DNA of 64,000 nt from Candidatus Hadarchaeum sp. (lineage in GTDB: Archaea; Hadarchaeota; Hadarchaeia; Hadarchaeales; Hadarchaeaceae). Position numbers and translations under genes: made by a program. Every line of letters begins with the position of its first letter. The first letter of the stretch is position 1. Below the pieces are notes generated by a model. The model saw only the letters and a program-made list of their open reading frames with translations. It did no database searches and was not told the origin of the DNA. The stretch spans positions 41,467-105,466 of the forward strand of contig NZ_JBMFOX010000002.1 of the NCBI RefSeq assembly GCF_049969415.1. The letters run 5' to 3'. Below, in pieces: positions 37,887-47,365 of this stretch.

Positions 37887-39841
37887 AACCGCTGCCGGAA
37901 AGGTTTCCGGTGCCGAGCGACGTCCGCCAGGCCCTGCAGAGGATTCTCGGGCCGAGGAAGAAAGGATTTTATGAAAAGTTTTGTTTTGCGGCCGGCAGGG
38001 TCTTCGGTGTTTTCACGAAAAATTCGAAGCTGAGCCAGAAAACCCTGCGTAATTTGAAAGAGGCCGGGATAAAGGTTGAGCCCAGAGAATGGGCGGCCGG
38101 ATTGATACTTTCCCTGACAATACCGGCGCTGTTTTCAGTCTTAGTTTGGCTGTGGATTATTCTCTCCGGCGGGGATTTCCTCGGCTCCCTGTACTTGCCA
38201 ATAGCCGGATTTTTAATTGGAGGAATTCTAATGATGGCCTTCCAGAGCTATCCGGTTTCTGTAGCAGCCCAGCGCCGCGCTGATGCCCAAGCCAAGGCCA
38301 TCGGGACGGTGATGTTGCTCAGTTTCTCCCTTTATCATCGTCCCGATCTCAGAGGGGCTACCGTGCAGGCGGCCGATATGAGCGAGGGCAAGCTGGCCGA
38401 GGACCTTCAGAAAGGATTGTTGGAACTCGAGGAGCGACGGAGATATGATACTGTGCGTCATCTTCTGACGGTGGTGGCCAACGATTGGGGAGAAATAGAT
38501 GACAGCGTTCGGCAGGCCATTTTCGACCTGCTTAGATCTACTGGGGCAAAGGAGGAGGCGGCAAGGCTGGCCGATGTCGCCAAGGCTCCGGAGCGGGTCT
38601 TGGAGGGTGCCGAGGAGCAGCTCACCAACCGCCTCAACCGCCTCATTCTGCCCACGCTGGCCTTTCTTACCTTCAGCTCGCTGGCCATAATCAGCGTTGT
38701 GGGTCTGTCCCCGATTTTTGGAGTGATCGGGCTTAACTTCGTCGACCTGAAATTTTTTGCCGCGATAGCGCTGGGTCTGATAGTCGCCTTTCTGGCGTTT
38801 ACCCAGCTCATGTTGGGCAATCGGCCGGCCACCATCCAGATTCAGAGCCTTCCTGAGGATGATCCGCGTCTACCGCCGCCGGGAAAGTTCACGATATTCG
38901 GAAGAAAAATCCCGTTATTAATTATTCCCATAATAGTTTTTGCCGCAGTGGCCTGGCCAGGGGTTTTATATTTGATTGGAGAAAACGGCGGGCCGCTGGG
39001 ATTTATATCTTTCAGTTTTTCGACCTTCTGGTTCGTCTGGGCCGTAGCCGCGGCCATTGGTGTTTACGCGTATCTTTACGTTTCGGGAAGGACCAAGATA
39101 CGGGAGGAGGAGAGGCGAAAGCTGGTCGACTGGGGCAACGCGCTGAACACCATTGGCTCGAGAATGCTGGATGGTAAGCCGATGCCCCAGGCGATGGACG
39201 AGGCGGCCAACCTGATGGCGGGTTCTCCGTTAGCCGTTGAGCTAAAGGAGGTGAGCCGGAGAATGGGTTATTACGGGATGAACCTCCAAGAGGCTATGTT
39301 TGAGCGGCGCTCCGGCAGTCCGTATAACCCGATGATAAAGAGCTTTTTGCAGATCATCTCCCGGATCAGGCGTGACAGTGAGGCAGCGGCGGGCCGGGCC
39401 TGCATGATGGCCGCAGAATTTTTGCGGACACTTCACCGCGTTGAACGGCGTTTCCGAGAGAGGATTGATGAGGCAATGGGAAACCTCTGGCTGGTGGCCG
39501 CGGTGCTCATACCCGTGGTGTGTGCGATGTCGGTGTGGGTGATGGACTTTATGTCGGGCATGAAGTTCTCAATGGCGGCGCAGGCGGCAACGGCAGGTGT
39601 TACCGGGATTCCCTTTCTCATTGGTGTGATGAGTGTTATGGAGATCGCCCTGCTCCGGCTGATCATGGGAATCACCGCGGTGGCGCTGAGCTTTATAATC
39701 GCTAGATATATAGCCAACATCAGGGCCGCGGGTGATCAGGTGGAGCTCTGGTCCTCTGTGGCAAAATCAGCCTTGGTTTCGGCAGCTATATTTACCGTCA
39801 CGAGCTTCTTGCTAACGTTAATAACTGTCGGAGGTGGTTGA
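37859..39841 (+). CDS. TadB/TadC-like (type II secretion F) membrane platform protein
   Basis: Multiple TM blocks alternating with two helical cytoplasmic domains; follows the ATPase. Confidence 0.7.
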   Translation: MASLAEKDLKPLPERFPVPSDVRQALQRILGPRKKGFYEKFCFAAGRVFGVFTKNSKLSQKTLRNLKEAGIKVEPREWAAGLILSLTIPALFSVLVWLWIILSGGDFLGSLYLPIAGFLIGGILMMAFQSYPVSVAAQRRADAQAKAIGTVMLLSFSLYHRPDLRGATVQAADMSEGKLAEDLQKGLLELEERRRYDTVRHLLTVVANDWGEIDDSVRQAIFDLLRSTGAKEEAARLADVAKAPERVLEGAEEQLTNRLNRLILPTLAFLTFSSLAIISVVGLSPIFGVIGLNFVDLKFFAAIALGLIVAFLAFTQLMLGNRPATIQIQSLPEDDPRLPPPGKFTIFGRKIPLLIIPIIVFAAVAWPGVLYLIGENGGPLGFISFSFSTFWFVWAVAAAIGVYAYLYVSGRTKIREEERRKLVDWGNALNTIGSRMLDGKPMPQAMDEAANLMAGSPLAVELKEVSRRMGYYGMNLQEAMFERRSGSPYNPMIKSFLQIISRIRRDSEAAAGRACMMAAEFLRTLHRVERRFRERIDEAMGNLWLVAAVLIPVVCAMSVWVMDFMSGMKFSMAAQAATAGVTGIPFLIGVMSVMEIALLRLIMGITAVALSFIIARYIANIRAAGDQVELWSSVAKSALVSAAIFTVTSFLLTLITVGGG

Positions 39842-40279
39842 GTGGCGAAGGGACTGGATCAGCGTGGCGTTGAGCCTCTGGCGATGAAGCTTTTTGCCGG
39901 CATCGTACTCTTGGTCATCGGCTTGGGAATCGGCTATGCAGTTTATACTTGGGCTGGTAGGGAAGCCACCGGGATGCTCTCATTCACAGTTAGCGTTTCG
40001 CCCACAAGCGCCACGGTCAGCGCGGGAAGCACGATAACCGTCAGCGTGTCGGTGCAACGCATCGGGCCCTACGATAAGGAAGTGACGCTGTCGGCATCAG
40101 GCGTTCCGGAAAACGTTACGGTTAACTTTGCGCCTCCTAGTGGGGTACCAGCATTTGGATCAACGATGACGATTGTGGTCGGAGACTCAGCACAGACGGG
40201 AACTACTACGATTACCATCAGGGCAACTGGCACTGATGGCGTCCAGCAGACGGCAAATTTTGAGCTGACGGTGGAGTAG
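39842..40279 (+). CDS. Pilin-like protein with class III signal peptide and Ig-like domain
   Basis: DQRG|VEPLAM plus hydrophobic helix; Thr/Ser/Val-rich beta domain. Confidence 0.75.
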   Translation: MAKGLDQRGVEPLAMKLFAGIVLLVIGLGIGYAVYTWAGREATGMLSFTVSVSPTSATVSAGSTITVSVSVQRIGPYDKEVTLSASGVPENVTVNFAPPSGVPAFGSTMTIVVGDSAQTGTTTITIRATGTDGVQQTANFELTVE

Positions 40280-40285
40280 ATCTTC

Positions 40286-40648
40286 ATGCCGGCGTTGCGT
40301 ACCCTTGGCTTAGTTATCCTAAGTGCTTTCGCTGTCGCGGTTGGGATATTCGGTTTCTTTTTAATCCGTGGGTTGGCGGATGAGGGGGTTGCCAGAGAGG
40401 CAGCCTTGAAGGTGGCTGAAGCCTGTGGCACGGTGATAGCTACAGGTGGCACGCAGAATGTCAGGGTGAACATCCCGGGAAACTATCACATGAGATTTAT
40501 TGATAACCGGATTTTCGTCGACGGTTATGGTGTCCCGGAAGACGGCTTTGTGCTGCCATTTTCTGAAGACTCGCCTGAGCTGGGACCCGGTAGCTACGAT
40601 CTCTCAATTTTCATCAGCGATGGTAGGCTGGTGGTAAGACGGACCTGA
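40286..40648 (+). CDS. Pilin-like membrane-anchored protein
   Basis: N-terminal hydrophobic helix; within the pilus operon. Confidence 0.6.
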   Translation: MPALRTLGLVILSAFAVAVGIFGFFLIRGLADEGVAREAALKVAEACGTVIATGGTQNVRVNIPGNYHMRFIDNRIFVDGYGVPEDGFVLPFSEDSPELGPGSYDLSIFISDGRLVVRRT

Positions 40649-41070
40649 TAAGGATTTTCAAATCAGTCTTAGCAATCTTGTTGGTGATAGTTTTTCTTTT
40701 CCTGCTAGTCTCAGCTTACAGCCAACACCAGAGTATGCTGGCGACAGCAGGTTTGATTGATACCGCGACATCGATTACAAACAACCTAGTCCTTAACCGC
40801 TTGGCCCATGTTGAGGGGACTAGGCTACAGGAATATGTCGTCGATGTGGAAAGGATATCATCGCTGGAATTTAGACAAGAAATCGGCGGGGAGAATTACT
40901 CTTACCAAATAACAATTTTGTTCAACCCTGAGGCCGGGGTTGTTTTCGGGCCCTTCGGTCCCTCCCCTCCGGATGACAATCCGGTGAGCGCAATCTCAGT
41001 GCCGATTACCCTTTATCAAAACGGGCGCTTGGTCTACGCTAAGATGGAGGTTAAAGTGTGGCGGGCCTGA
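40645..41070 (+). CDS. Pilin-like membrane-anchored protein (start uncertain: CTG 40645 or TTG 40678)
   Basis: Hydrophobic N-terminus; frame is open back to a CTG overlapping the previous TGA. Confidence 0.6.
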   Translation: MIRIFKSVLAILLVIVFLFLLVSAYSQHQSMLATAGLIDTATSITNNLVLNRLAHVEGTRLQEYVVDVERISSLEFRQEIGGENYSYQITILFNPEAGVVFGPFGPSPPDDNPVSAISVPITLYQNGRLVYAKMEVKVWRA

Positions 41071-41579
41071 GACGCGGCATAATAACCGAGAGGAAAGGAG
41101 TAAGTGATGTTTTATCAATAGCTTTCATGTTTTTGATAGTAGTCTTTGCCGGGGTTCTTTTGCACAGCTATCGTCTTGGGGCGATAGATTCAGCAGTCAG
41201 CCGGCAGATGCAGCTGAAAGCCGAGTACCTTTACAGGGCCCTTGAACTATCCCAAGTGGAAAACTACTCACTCAGCTATCTTGCCGCCGTTGCCGAGAAC
41301 GTGATTGGGGTATCACCCCAAGTAGTCCCAGGAGACTATCTCCGGTCTCGGCTTGATGTTCTTTTGTCTTATTTGCGTCCTTCCGGCTATGGGGTTGTTT
41401 TTGAGGTCAGGCACGAGAACTCAGTTTGGGTCCAGATCAGCCCTAGCGACAGTGGACCACCTAGCCCTAACGTGGAGAAGTTTTCCTTTTCAGGAAAGTA
41501 TACTATTGTGGTCGCAGGCTTGGCTGAAAACAGAGTGGCGCAGGCCGAAGCCACCATAACGCTGTTCAGAAAGGGGTGA
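41058..41579 (+). CDS. Pilin-like protein with class III signal peptide
   Basis: ERKG|VSDVL plus hydrophobic helix. Confidence 0.75.
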   Translation: MAGLRRGIITERKGVSDVLSIAFMFLIVVFAGVLLHSYRLGAIDSAVSRQMQLKAEYLYRALELSQVENYSLSYLAAVAENVIGVSPQVVPGDYLRSRLDVLLSYLRPSGYGVVFEVRHENSVWVQISPSDSGPPSPNVEKFSFSGKYTIVVAGLAENRVAQAEATITLFRKG

Positions 41580-41585
41580 TAGTGA

Positions 41586-42263
41586 ATGGATGAGTTGGGA
41601 TCAGCCGAACTGCTGGCGATATTCACGGTCTTTGTAATTCTTTCCAGTCTTGCGGCACTGAATACCTTTGAATCCGGTTACACGCGCCAGATCGAGTTGT
41701 TGCAAGAAAGGATGGCGGTTGACACCACTAGGGCCGTGGCTCTTGCTGTTGAAGCGGAACTGAATGATTCCCTTAGATCCGCAGTGGCCGCGGCCATGTT
41801 TGAGGCCGGTAAGTTTGCCGGATCAAAGGCAGAGGTGGAGTCACGCTTGCGAAACTACTTTAACCAGCGCATTGCCGCAGGGTGGTCCTACTCCAATTTC
41901 GATAATATCTACGTCCCGTTGAGCGATGAAAACTCGTTACAAATTGAGTGGCTACCTGATGGAGGCGTCCGCGTCTACGGCTATCTGGGGGCGAGCTTTA
42001 GCCATGTGTCCGGGGCCAAGGCCTTTGGAGTCAAGCTGGATGCTGGCGTTACCCCCCGCTACGGAAGAATGCTTTATCTAGCCAACTTGGCCTACGGCTG
42101 GGCACAGAAGGCAGCGGATATCGAGGCATTGGAAAGGGAGCTCAACGAGAACTATGCGGCGGAGATGTTTTCGTTCCACATTTACCGCGAAAACGGTGCC
42201 TTGAAGCTGACCATTACGGAGCTGTACGGCGGGCGGGCGATAACCCCGGAAGGCGAGGGCTGA
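41586..42263 (+). CDS. Pilin-like protein with probable class III signal peptide
   Basis: MDELG|SAELL plus hydrophobic helix. Confidence 0.65.
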   Translation: MDELGSAELLAIFTVFVILSSLAALNTFESGYTRQIELLQERMAVDTTRAVALAVEAELNDSLRSAVAAAMFEAGKFAGSKAEVESRLRNYFNQRIAAGWSYSNFDNIYVPLSDENSLQIEWLPDGGVRVYGYLGASFSHVSGAKAFGVKLDAGVTPRYGRMLYLANLAYGWAQKAADIEALERELNENYAAEMFSFHIYRENGALKLTITELYGGRAITPEGEG

Positions 42264-42318
42264 ATCTTGTATATTCCGCCGTATAGAATCGCCAGTTATA
42301 AATACCGAGGGCAAGGAG

Positions 42319-43659
42319 ATGAGAAGGGTTGAGATATTGACCAAGGACGAGATAATCCAGACGGTGGAAAAGGAAGGCATCAAGTTCATCCAGATGCAGT
42401 TCACCGACATTTTGGGCACGGTGAAAAATGTCACCATTCCCGCCACCAAGATCGAAAAGGCGTTGGACGAAGGAGTCTTCTTTGATGGTTCTTCTGTTTT
42501 AGGCTATGCCACCATCGAGGAATCTGACATGCGCCTGATGCCGGATCCGGAGACTTTCGTGATCATTCCATGGTTGCAGGACAATCTTAAGACGGCGCGG
42601 ATGGTCTGCGATGTGTATGACCATGAGGGCAATCCATTTGAAGGAGATCCGCGGGCGGCATTAAAGCGGCAGCTGGAAAGGGCTAGGAAAAAGGGGTGGA
42701 TTTTTAACACGGCTCCTGAGTACGAGTTCTTTTTCTTGATGTTGGATGAACAGGGGCTGCCCACAACCAGACCTTCAGATTCCGGCGGTTACTTTGACCT
42801 CATGCGGGACAGGGGAGACCTCATCAGAAAGGAAATAGTTAACTACCTTAATCTGATGGGATTCGATGTGGAGGCTTCGCATCATGAGGTTGCCCCCGGA
42901 CAGCATGAGATAGACCTCATGTACACCGATGCCATGACCTCAGCCGATAGGGTGGCCATGATGAAGTACGTCACCAAGAATATTGCCTACCGCCACGGGC
43001 TCTACGCCACCTTCATGCCCAAGCCAATTTACGGCGTCAACGGCTCGGGAATGCACGTTCATCAGTCGCTCATGACGCTTGAAGGGAAAAATGTGTTTTA
43101 CGATCCTAAGGGTCCGTACAAGCTGAGCAAGTATGCGCTTTACTTCATCGGTGGGCTCCTGAAGCACGCCAAGGAAACCTGTGCCATTTTGGCTTCGACG
43201 GTTAACTCCTACAAGAGGCTGGTTCCCGGATATGAGGCCCCAGTTTACATTTCTTGGGCGAACAGAAACAGGAGCGCTTACATTCGCGTTCCGGCGGGCA
43301 GGGAATCCCACACCCGCATTGAGTTGCGAAACCCTGACCCTGCAGGCAACCCCTACCTCCAGTTCACGGTGATGTTAGCCGCCGGGCTAAAGGGGATCGA
43401 GGAGAAGATAGAGCCTCCGGAGCCTGTGGAAAAGGACATCTACCACATGGGCACCGAGGAGCGCGAGGCTTTAGGCATCGAATCGCTTCCGGAGAACTTG
43501 GGGCAGGCGCTGGATTATATGCGCCGGAGCCAGCTGGTAATGGATGCGCTGGGTGAGCATCTGTTCAAGCACTTTATCCATGTCAAGGAGAAGGAGTGGG
43601 AGAGCTATCGAGCCCACGTGAGCGATTGGGAACACAAATTTTTGTTGCCAGCGCTGTAA
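42319..43659 (+). CDS. glnA: Glutamine synthetase type I
   Basis: FDGSS, HHEVAPGQHEI, TFMPKP..NGSGMH.HQS, NSYKRLVPGYEAP, RIELR.PD. Confidence 0.98.
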   Translation: MRRVEILTKDEIIQTVEKEGIKFIQMQFTDILGTVKNVTIPATKIEKALDEGVFFDGSSVLGYATIEESDMRLMPDPETFVIIPWLQDNLKTARMVCDVYDHEGNPFEGDPRAALKRQLERARKKGWIFNTAPEYEFFFLMLDEQGLPTTRPSDSGGYFDLMRDRGDLIRKEIVNYLNLMGFDVEASHHEVAPGQHEIDLMYTDAMTSADRVAMMKYVTKNIAYRHGLYATFMPKPIYGVNGSGMHVHQSLMTLEGKNVFYDPKGPYKLSKYALYFIGGLLKHAKETCAILASTVNSYKRLVPGYEAPVYISWANRNRSAYIRVPAGRESHTRIELRNPDPAGNPYLQFTVMLAAGLKGIEEKIEPPEPVEKDIYHMGTEEREALGIESLPENLGQALDYMRRSQLVMDALGEHLFKHFIHVKEKEWESYRAHVSDWEHKFLLPAL

Positions 43660-43689
43660 TCAAAAAATTTAGTATTTTTGATTTTTGGC

Positions 43690-43889
43690 GCGGGGACGAT
43701 CGCGAAACTACTCCGCGGCGGCTCGGTTACCCAGCCGCGCTTTCGTTTCGAGATCTTTATCCGACATCCATGCTTCGGTACACACTGCCGTGACCTTATC
43801 CACGGCCTCCCCCAGCTGCGCTGAGTTTTTCCGTGGATCCCCCGAACCCGTGGGTTCGAGTTCAGCCTGTTCTGTCGGCTTATCCCCGC
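43690..43889 (-). ncRNA. Unassigned structured ncRNA, copy 1 (200 nt)
   Basis: GC-rich island in an AT-rich spacer; terminal 7-bp stem GCGGGGA/UCCCCGC; nested stems with GNRA loops on the minus strand; own promoter; structural paralogue at 58616-58849. Confidence 0.8.
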
Positions 43890-43912
43890 AATTTCCATTT
43901 AACAAATTTTTA

Positions 43913-43927
43913 ATAATAAATTTTTCG
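43913..43927 (-). promoter_or_regulatory. BRE + TATA promoter of ncRNA copy 1
   Basis: Minus strand CGAAAAA TTTATTAT, with the TATA at -31 to -24 from the first G of the terminal stem. Confidence 0.7.
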
Positions 43928-43989
43928 ATAATGTTTCAGCGTTTTTTGACGTTGAAAGTCTAGTTTTTGATCAACATTTGTGTTCTAGT

Positions 43990-45252
43990 TTACGGGAAGA
44001 GACCCAGTCTTTCTTGGGCGTCTATTACCCTTTTGACACCGAGGATGTAGGCGCCTGTGGGCAAATCAACTTGGTATTCATTCGCAGTCTTTGAAGCGTC
44101 GTGGTAAGCTTTCACCATGTGATTTTCTAGTTTTTGGTTGACCTCGCTTTCGCTCCAGTGCTCTCGGTGGAGGTTTTGTATCCATTCAAAATAGCTGACG
44201 GTAACCCCACCTGCGTTGGCCAGGATATCGGGAACGACGAGCACTCCCTGCTCGTGCAATATTTCCCTAGCTTTTGGCGTGCTGGGACCATTCGCGCCCT
44301 CAGATATGATTTTTGCCTTGATTTTGCTCGCGTTCGCCTCGGTTATCACGTTTTCCATCGCCGCCGGTACCAGAATATCGCACTCTAGCTGTAGGAGTTC
44401 TTCATTGGTAATCTCCTCTCCGCGGCCGAACCCACGCAACTTACCTGTTTTCTCCTTGTGTTTTATCGCGGCTTTGACATCAAATCCCTTCGGATCGTAG
44501 ATGCCGCAGGTTGAGTCGCTCAAGCCAATTATCTTACAACCCATCTCTTCGAGGACCGCCGCTGCCCACTGGCCGACGTTGCCAAAGCCCTGAACCACGG
44601 CCGTTAGTCCTTTCATTTTCAGCCCCAGTTGTTTGGCGGCCTCTCTGGCACAGATGGCCGCACCGCGTCCGGTCGCTTGTTTTCTCCCCTCAGAACCGCC
44701 GAGTTCAATCGGCTTTCCGGTGACGACTTCAGGTACCATATAACCCCTGAGCTGGCTGTAAGTGTCCATTATCCAGGCCATCGTTTGGGCATCGGTGTAC
44801 ATATCCGGAGCCGGCACATCTTTGAAGGGGCCGATGTCGTCAAAGATCATGGCAGTATATCTTCTCGTCAATCTTTCAATTTCACCCTTCGACAACTGTT
44901 TTGTATCCACAGTTACGCCACCCTTGGCCCCGCCGTAGGGTATATCAACCACGGCGCATTTCCAAGTCATCCACATCGCCAGTGCCTTGACTTCGTCCAT
45001 GTCGACTTTCGGATGGTATCTTATGCCTCCCTTGAAAGGACCTCTAGCGTGGCAATGCTGGACTCGGTAGCCGGTAAAAACCTTTATTTCCCCGTTGTCC
45101 ATGCGCACGGGAACGGAGACAATAATTGTTCGGCGTGGGTGTTTTAATCTTATAGTTACACAAGGGTCCAACTTCAATATTTCTTCAATAATTTCCAATT
45201 GTTCTACCGCGGCTTTGTATGGGTTTAAATTGCTTGCCGTAATGTCACCCAA
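43990..45252 (-). CDS. gdhA: Glutamate dehydrogenase
   Basis: RGPFKGGIRYHP, MTWKCA, GGAKGG, DVPAPD, VQGFGNVG, NAGGVTVSYFEW. Confidence 0.97.
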   Translation of the reverse strand: MGDITASNLNPYKAAVEQLEIIEEILKLDPCVTIRLKHPRRTIIVSVPVRMDNGEIKVFTGYRVQHCHARGPFKGGIRYHPKVDMDEVKALAMWMTWKCAVVDIPYGGAKGGVTVDTKQLSKGEIERLTRRYTAMIFDDIGPFKDVPAPDMYTDAQTMAWIMDTYSQLRGYMVPEVVTGKPIELGGSEGRKQATGRGAAICAREAAKQLGLKMKGLTAVVQGFGNVGQWAAAVLEEMGCKIIGLSDSTCGIYDPKGFDVKAAIKHKEKTGKLRGFGRGEEITNEELLQLECDILVPAAMENVITEANASKIKAKIISEGANGPSTPKAREILHEQGVLVVPDILANAGGVTVSYFEWIQNLHREHWSESEVNQKLENHMVKAYHDASKTANEYQVDLPTGAYILGVKRVIDAQERLGLFP

Positions 45253-45393
45253 AGAGAGTAGCTACAACTATTTATAAGATTTATCAAAAGCACCTAACTG
45301 GTATTTTTAGGATTATATTGGGGAAATGTTAATCACAAGTACTTAACCAAAAGCAAGATAATAAGCCCTTGCGTTTAATATTAAGAGGATAAC

Positions 45394-46638
45394 GTGAACG
45401 ATTTCACCCATGTGGTAACGCTGGAATCGGCCAAGGCAGCGTTGGAAGAAAAATGGCGGCCCAAGCCCCGCGATGTAGTTATTCCGGCCGCTTCCGCAGT
45501 TGGTCGGGTTTTGTCAAAGGATATAATTTCCAAAATAGACGTTCCTCCGTTTGACCGGGCGACCTATGATGGCTACGCAGTAAAAGCCTCAGATACCTTT
45601 GGTGCTACCGAGCGCTCGCCCATTGAACTTAGGCTGGCGGGAAGGGTTGTGGCGGGAACTTGGCCAAAGATGGTTCTGAGGTCGGGATTCTGTGCTGAGA
45701 TAACTACGGGGGCACCGCTGCCACGAGGAGCAGATGCAGTGGTAATGTCGGAATACGTTGTGCCGGCGGATGGTTCGGTAACTTGCTACCGAGCTGTATC
45801 CCCCGGGGAGAACGTTACCAAGAGGGGCTCCGATATCAGAAAAGGACAGCCGGTGCTCAGGAGATTAAAACGGCTTAATTACCTTGATGTTGCTGTTCTT
45901 GCGGCGGCGGGGGTTGATAAAGTCATGGTTAGGGACAGGCCAAGGGTGGCGATTATCTCTACTGGTTCGGAGCTGGTGGAGCCAGGAGCAAGGCTTAGGC
46001 CGGGAAAGATCTACGACGTTAATGCGACATCACTCTCGGAGTCGGTGAGGGCCTGCGGTGCCGAACCAATTTTTCTTGGCATTGTGCCTGACAGATTTTC
46101 GGCCATCAAAGCCGCGGTAAGTAAAGGAATCAAAGCCACCAACATAGTCCTGATCTCTGGCGGTTCTTCCGTGGGTGTGGGGGACATTACCCCTGGAGCG
46201 GTAGCCAGCTTGGGTAAACCGGGCATCATCGTTCATGGTATCGCCATGAAACCGGGTAAACCGACTTTCATTGCCGTGGTCAAAAATAAGCCCGTCTTCG
46301 GCCTTCCAGGCTACCCCGTTTCTGCTCTCATGGTATTTGACCAGCTCGTCGCCGATTACCTGCATGAACTCTCAGGAGTCCCGCGGAGCCCGCGGCGTAT
46401 TGTCCCGGCAAAGCTCGCGTCCAGGATTCTTTCGGCTAAGGGCAGGAAGGAACTCGTCCCGGTCAGACTGGTGAAAAAAAACGGCCAGAATTTTGCCGAG
46501 CCGGTTCTTAAGGGATCGGGGGCCATCACTTCTCTCTCAACCGCCGACGGCTACATTGAGGTGCCGCTGGAGCGAGAAATCGTTGACGAGGGCGAGGTTG
46601 TTGAGGTGAAGCTTTTTGAAGGGGTCGACCATACCTAG
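45394..46638 (+). CDS. moeA: MoeA (paralogue 2)
   Basis: PPFDRATYDGYAV, STGSEL, SGGSSVG, MKPGKP, LPGYPVS. Confidence 0.95.
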   Translation: MNDFTHVVTLESAKAALEEKWRPKPRDVVIPAASAVGRVLSKDIISKIDVPPFDRATYDGYAVKASDTFGATERSPIELRLAGRVVAGTWPKMVLRSGFCAEITTGAPLPRGADAVVMSEYVVPADGSVTCYRAVSPGENVTKRGSDIRKGQPVLRRLKRLNYLDVAVLAAAGVDKVMVRDRPRVAIISTGSELVEPGARLRPGKIYDVNATSLSESVRACGAEPIFLGIVPDRFSAIKAAVSKGIKATNIVLISGGSSVGVGDITPGAVASLGKPGIIVHGIAMKPGKPTFIAVVKNKPVFGLPGYPVSALMVFDQLVADYLHELSGVPRSPRRIVPAKLASRILSAKGRKELVPVRLVKKNGQNFAEPVLKGSGAITSLSTADGYIEVPLEREIVDEGEVVEVKLFEGVDHT

Positions 46639-47365
46639 GGCCGTTTCAGTTGTTGGCTTTCATGGCGCGGGAAAGACGAAACTGGTGGTCTCGATTATCA
46701 AGGAGCTGGTTAGACGCGGTTACCGAGTGGGCACGGTGAAACACATCCCGGAAAGAAATTTCACCATTGATCAGGCCGGTAAGGATACATGGACGCACGC
46801 TAGGGCCGGTGCCGAGCTGGTGGTTTCCCTTGCCCCTGGCGAGTTGGCCAGAATTGAAAAACGTTCGGGAGGGCTAGATGAAATTCTAGGGGGCTTGTCT
46901 GGGATCGACTTTGTTATCGTTGAGGGTTTCAAAAGTTTCAGAGGTCTCGCAAGGATAATCGTGGCGAGGAACCGAGCCGAGGTCAACGAACTCGCGGACG
47001 AGTTCACCATTGCCTGCGTGGGGTTTAGCTCCTCCTCGATTCCGTCCTTTGATTTCAAGCAGGTTAAAGAGATAGTGGATTTAATCGAGCAAAGGTCCTT
47101 TCCACCTCTTCCGGGCATCGACTGTAAACACTGCGGCTTTGAGAGCTGCGAGAAGTTTGCCATCGCTGTAGTTTCCGGTAGGAGACGGTGGGAGGAATGC
47201 CAAGCGCTTGCCAGAGAGGTAGTTTTGAAAATAGATGGCAGGCAGATTCCCCTCAAACCATTTGTCCAAGAATTTCTGGCCGGAGCGATTAAGGGGATGG
47301 TAAGCTCGCTCAAGGATACCCAAGGCAGAAACATCGAGATAATGGTGATAAATCGTGATGGATAG
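46616..47365 (+). CDS. mobB: Molybdopterin-guanine dinucleotide biosynthesis protein B with C-terminal Fe-S domain
   Basis: GFHGAGKT, VKH, GKDT, VEGFK, LPGIDCKHCGFESC...C. Confidence 0.9.
   Translation: MKGSTIPRAVSVVGFHGAGKTKLVVSIIKELVRRGYRVGTVKHIPERNFTIDQAGKDTWTHARAGAELVVSLAPGELARIEKRSGGLDEILGGLSGIDFVIVEGFKSFRGLARIIVARNRAEVNELADEFTIACVGFSSSSIPSFDFKQVKEIVDLIEQRSFPPLPGIDCKHCGFESCEKFAIAVVSGRRRWEECQALAREVVLKIDGRQIPLKPFVQEFLAGAIKGMVSSLKDTQGRNIEIMVINRDG

Noticed and set aside
43690-43889. RNase P RNA, SRP RNA, tRNA, c-di-AMP riboswitch or raiA-motif identity for the ncRNA
   Set aside because: No GAGGAAAGUCC/P4 pair, no SRP helix-8 motif and no T-loop. GCUGAA..GGGGGA resembles ydaO but its 3' half is absent and no gene lies downstream. 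Only short words are shared with raiA as I recall it. cmscan is needed for a final answer.
43596-43963. Short ORFs overlapping ncRNA copy 1 (and 58404-58742 over copy 2)
   Set aside because: No recognisable motifs or SD; better explained as chance frames in GC-rich structured RNA.
19477-46638. Two moeA paralogues
   Set aside because: Normal for archaea.
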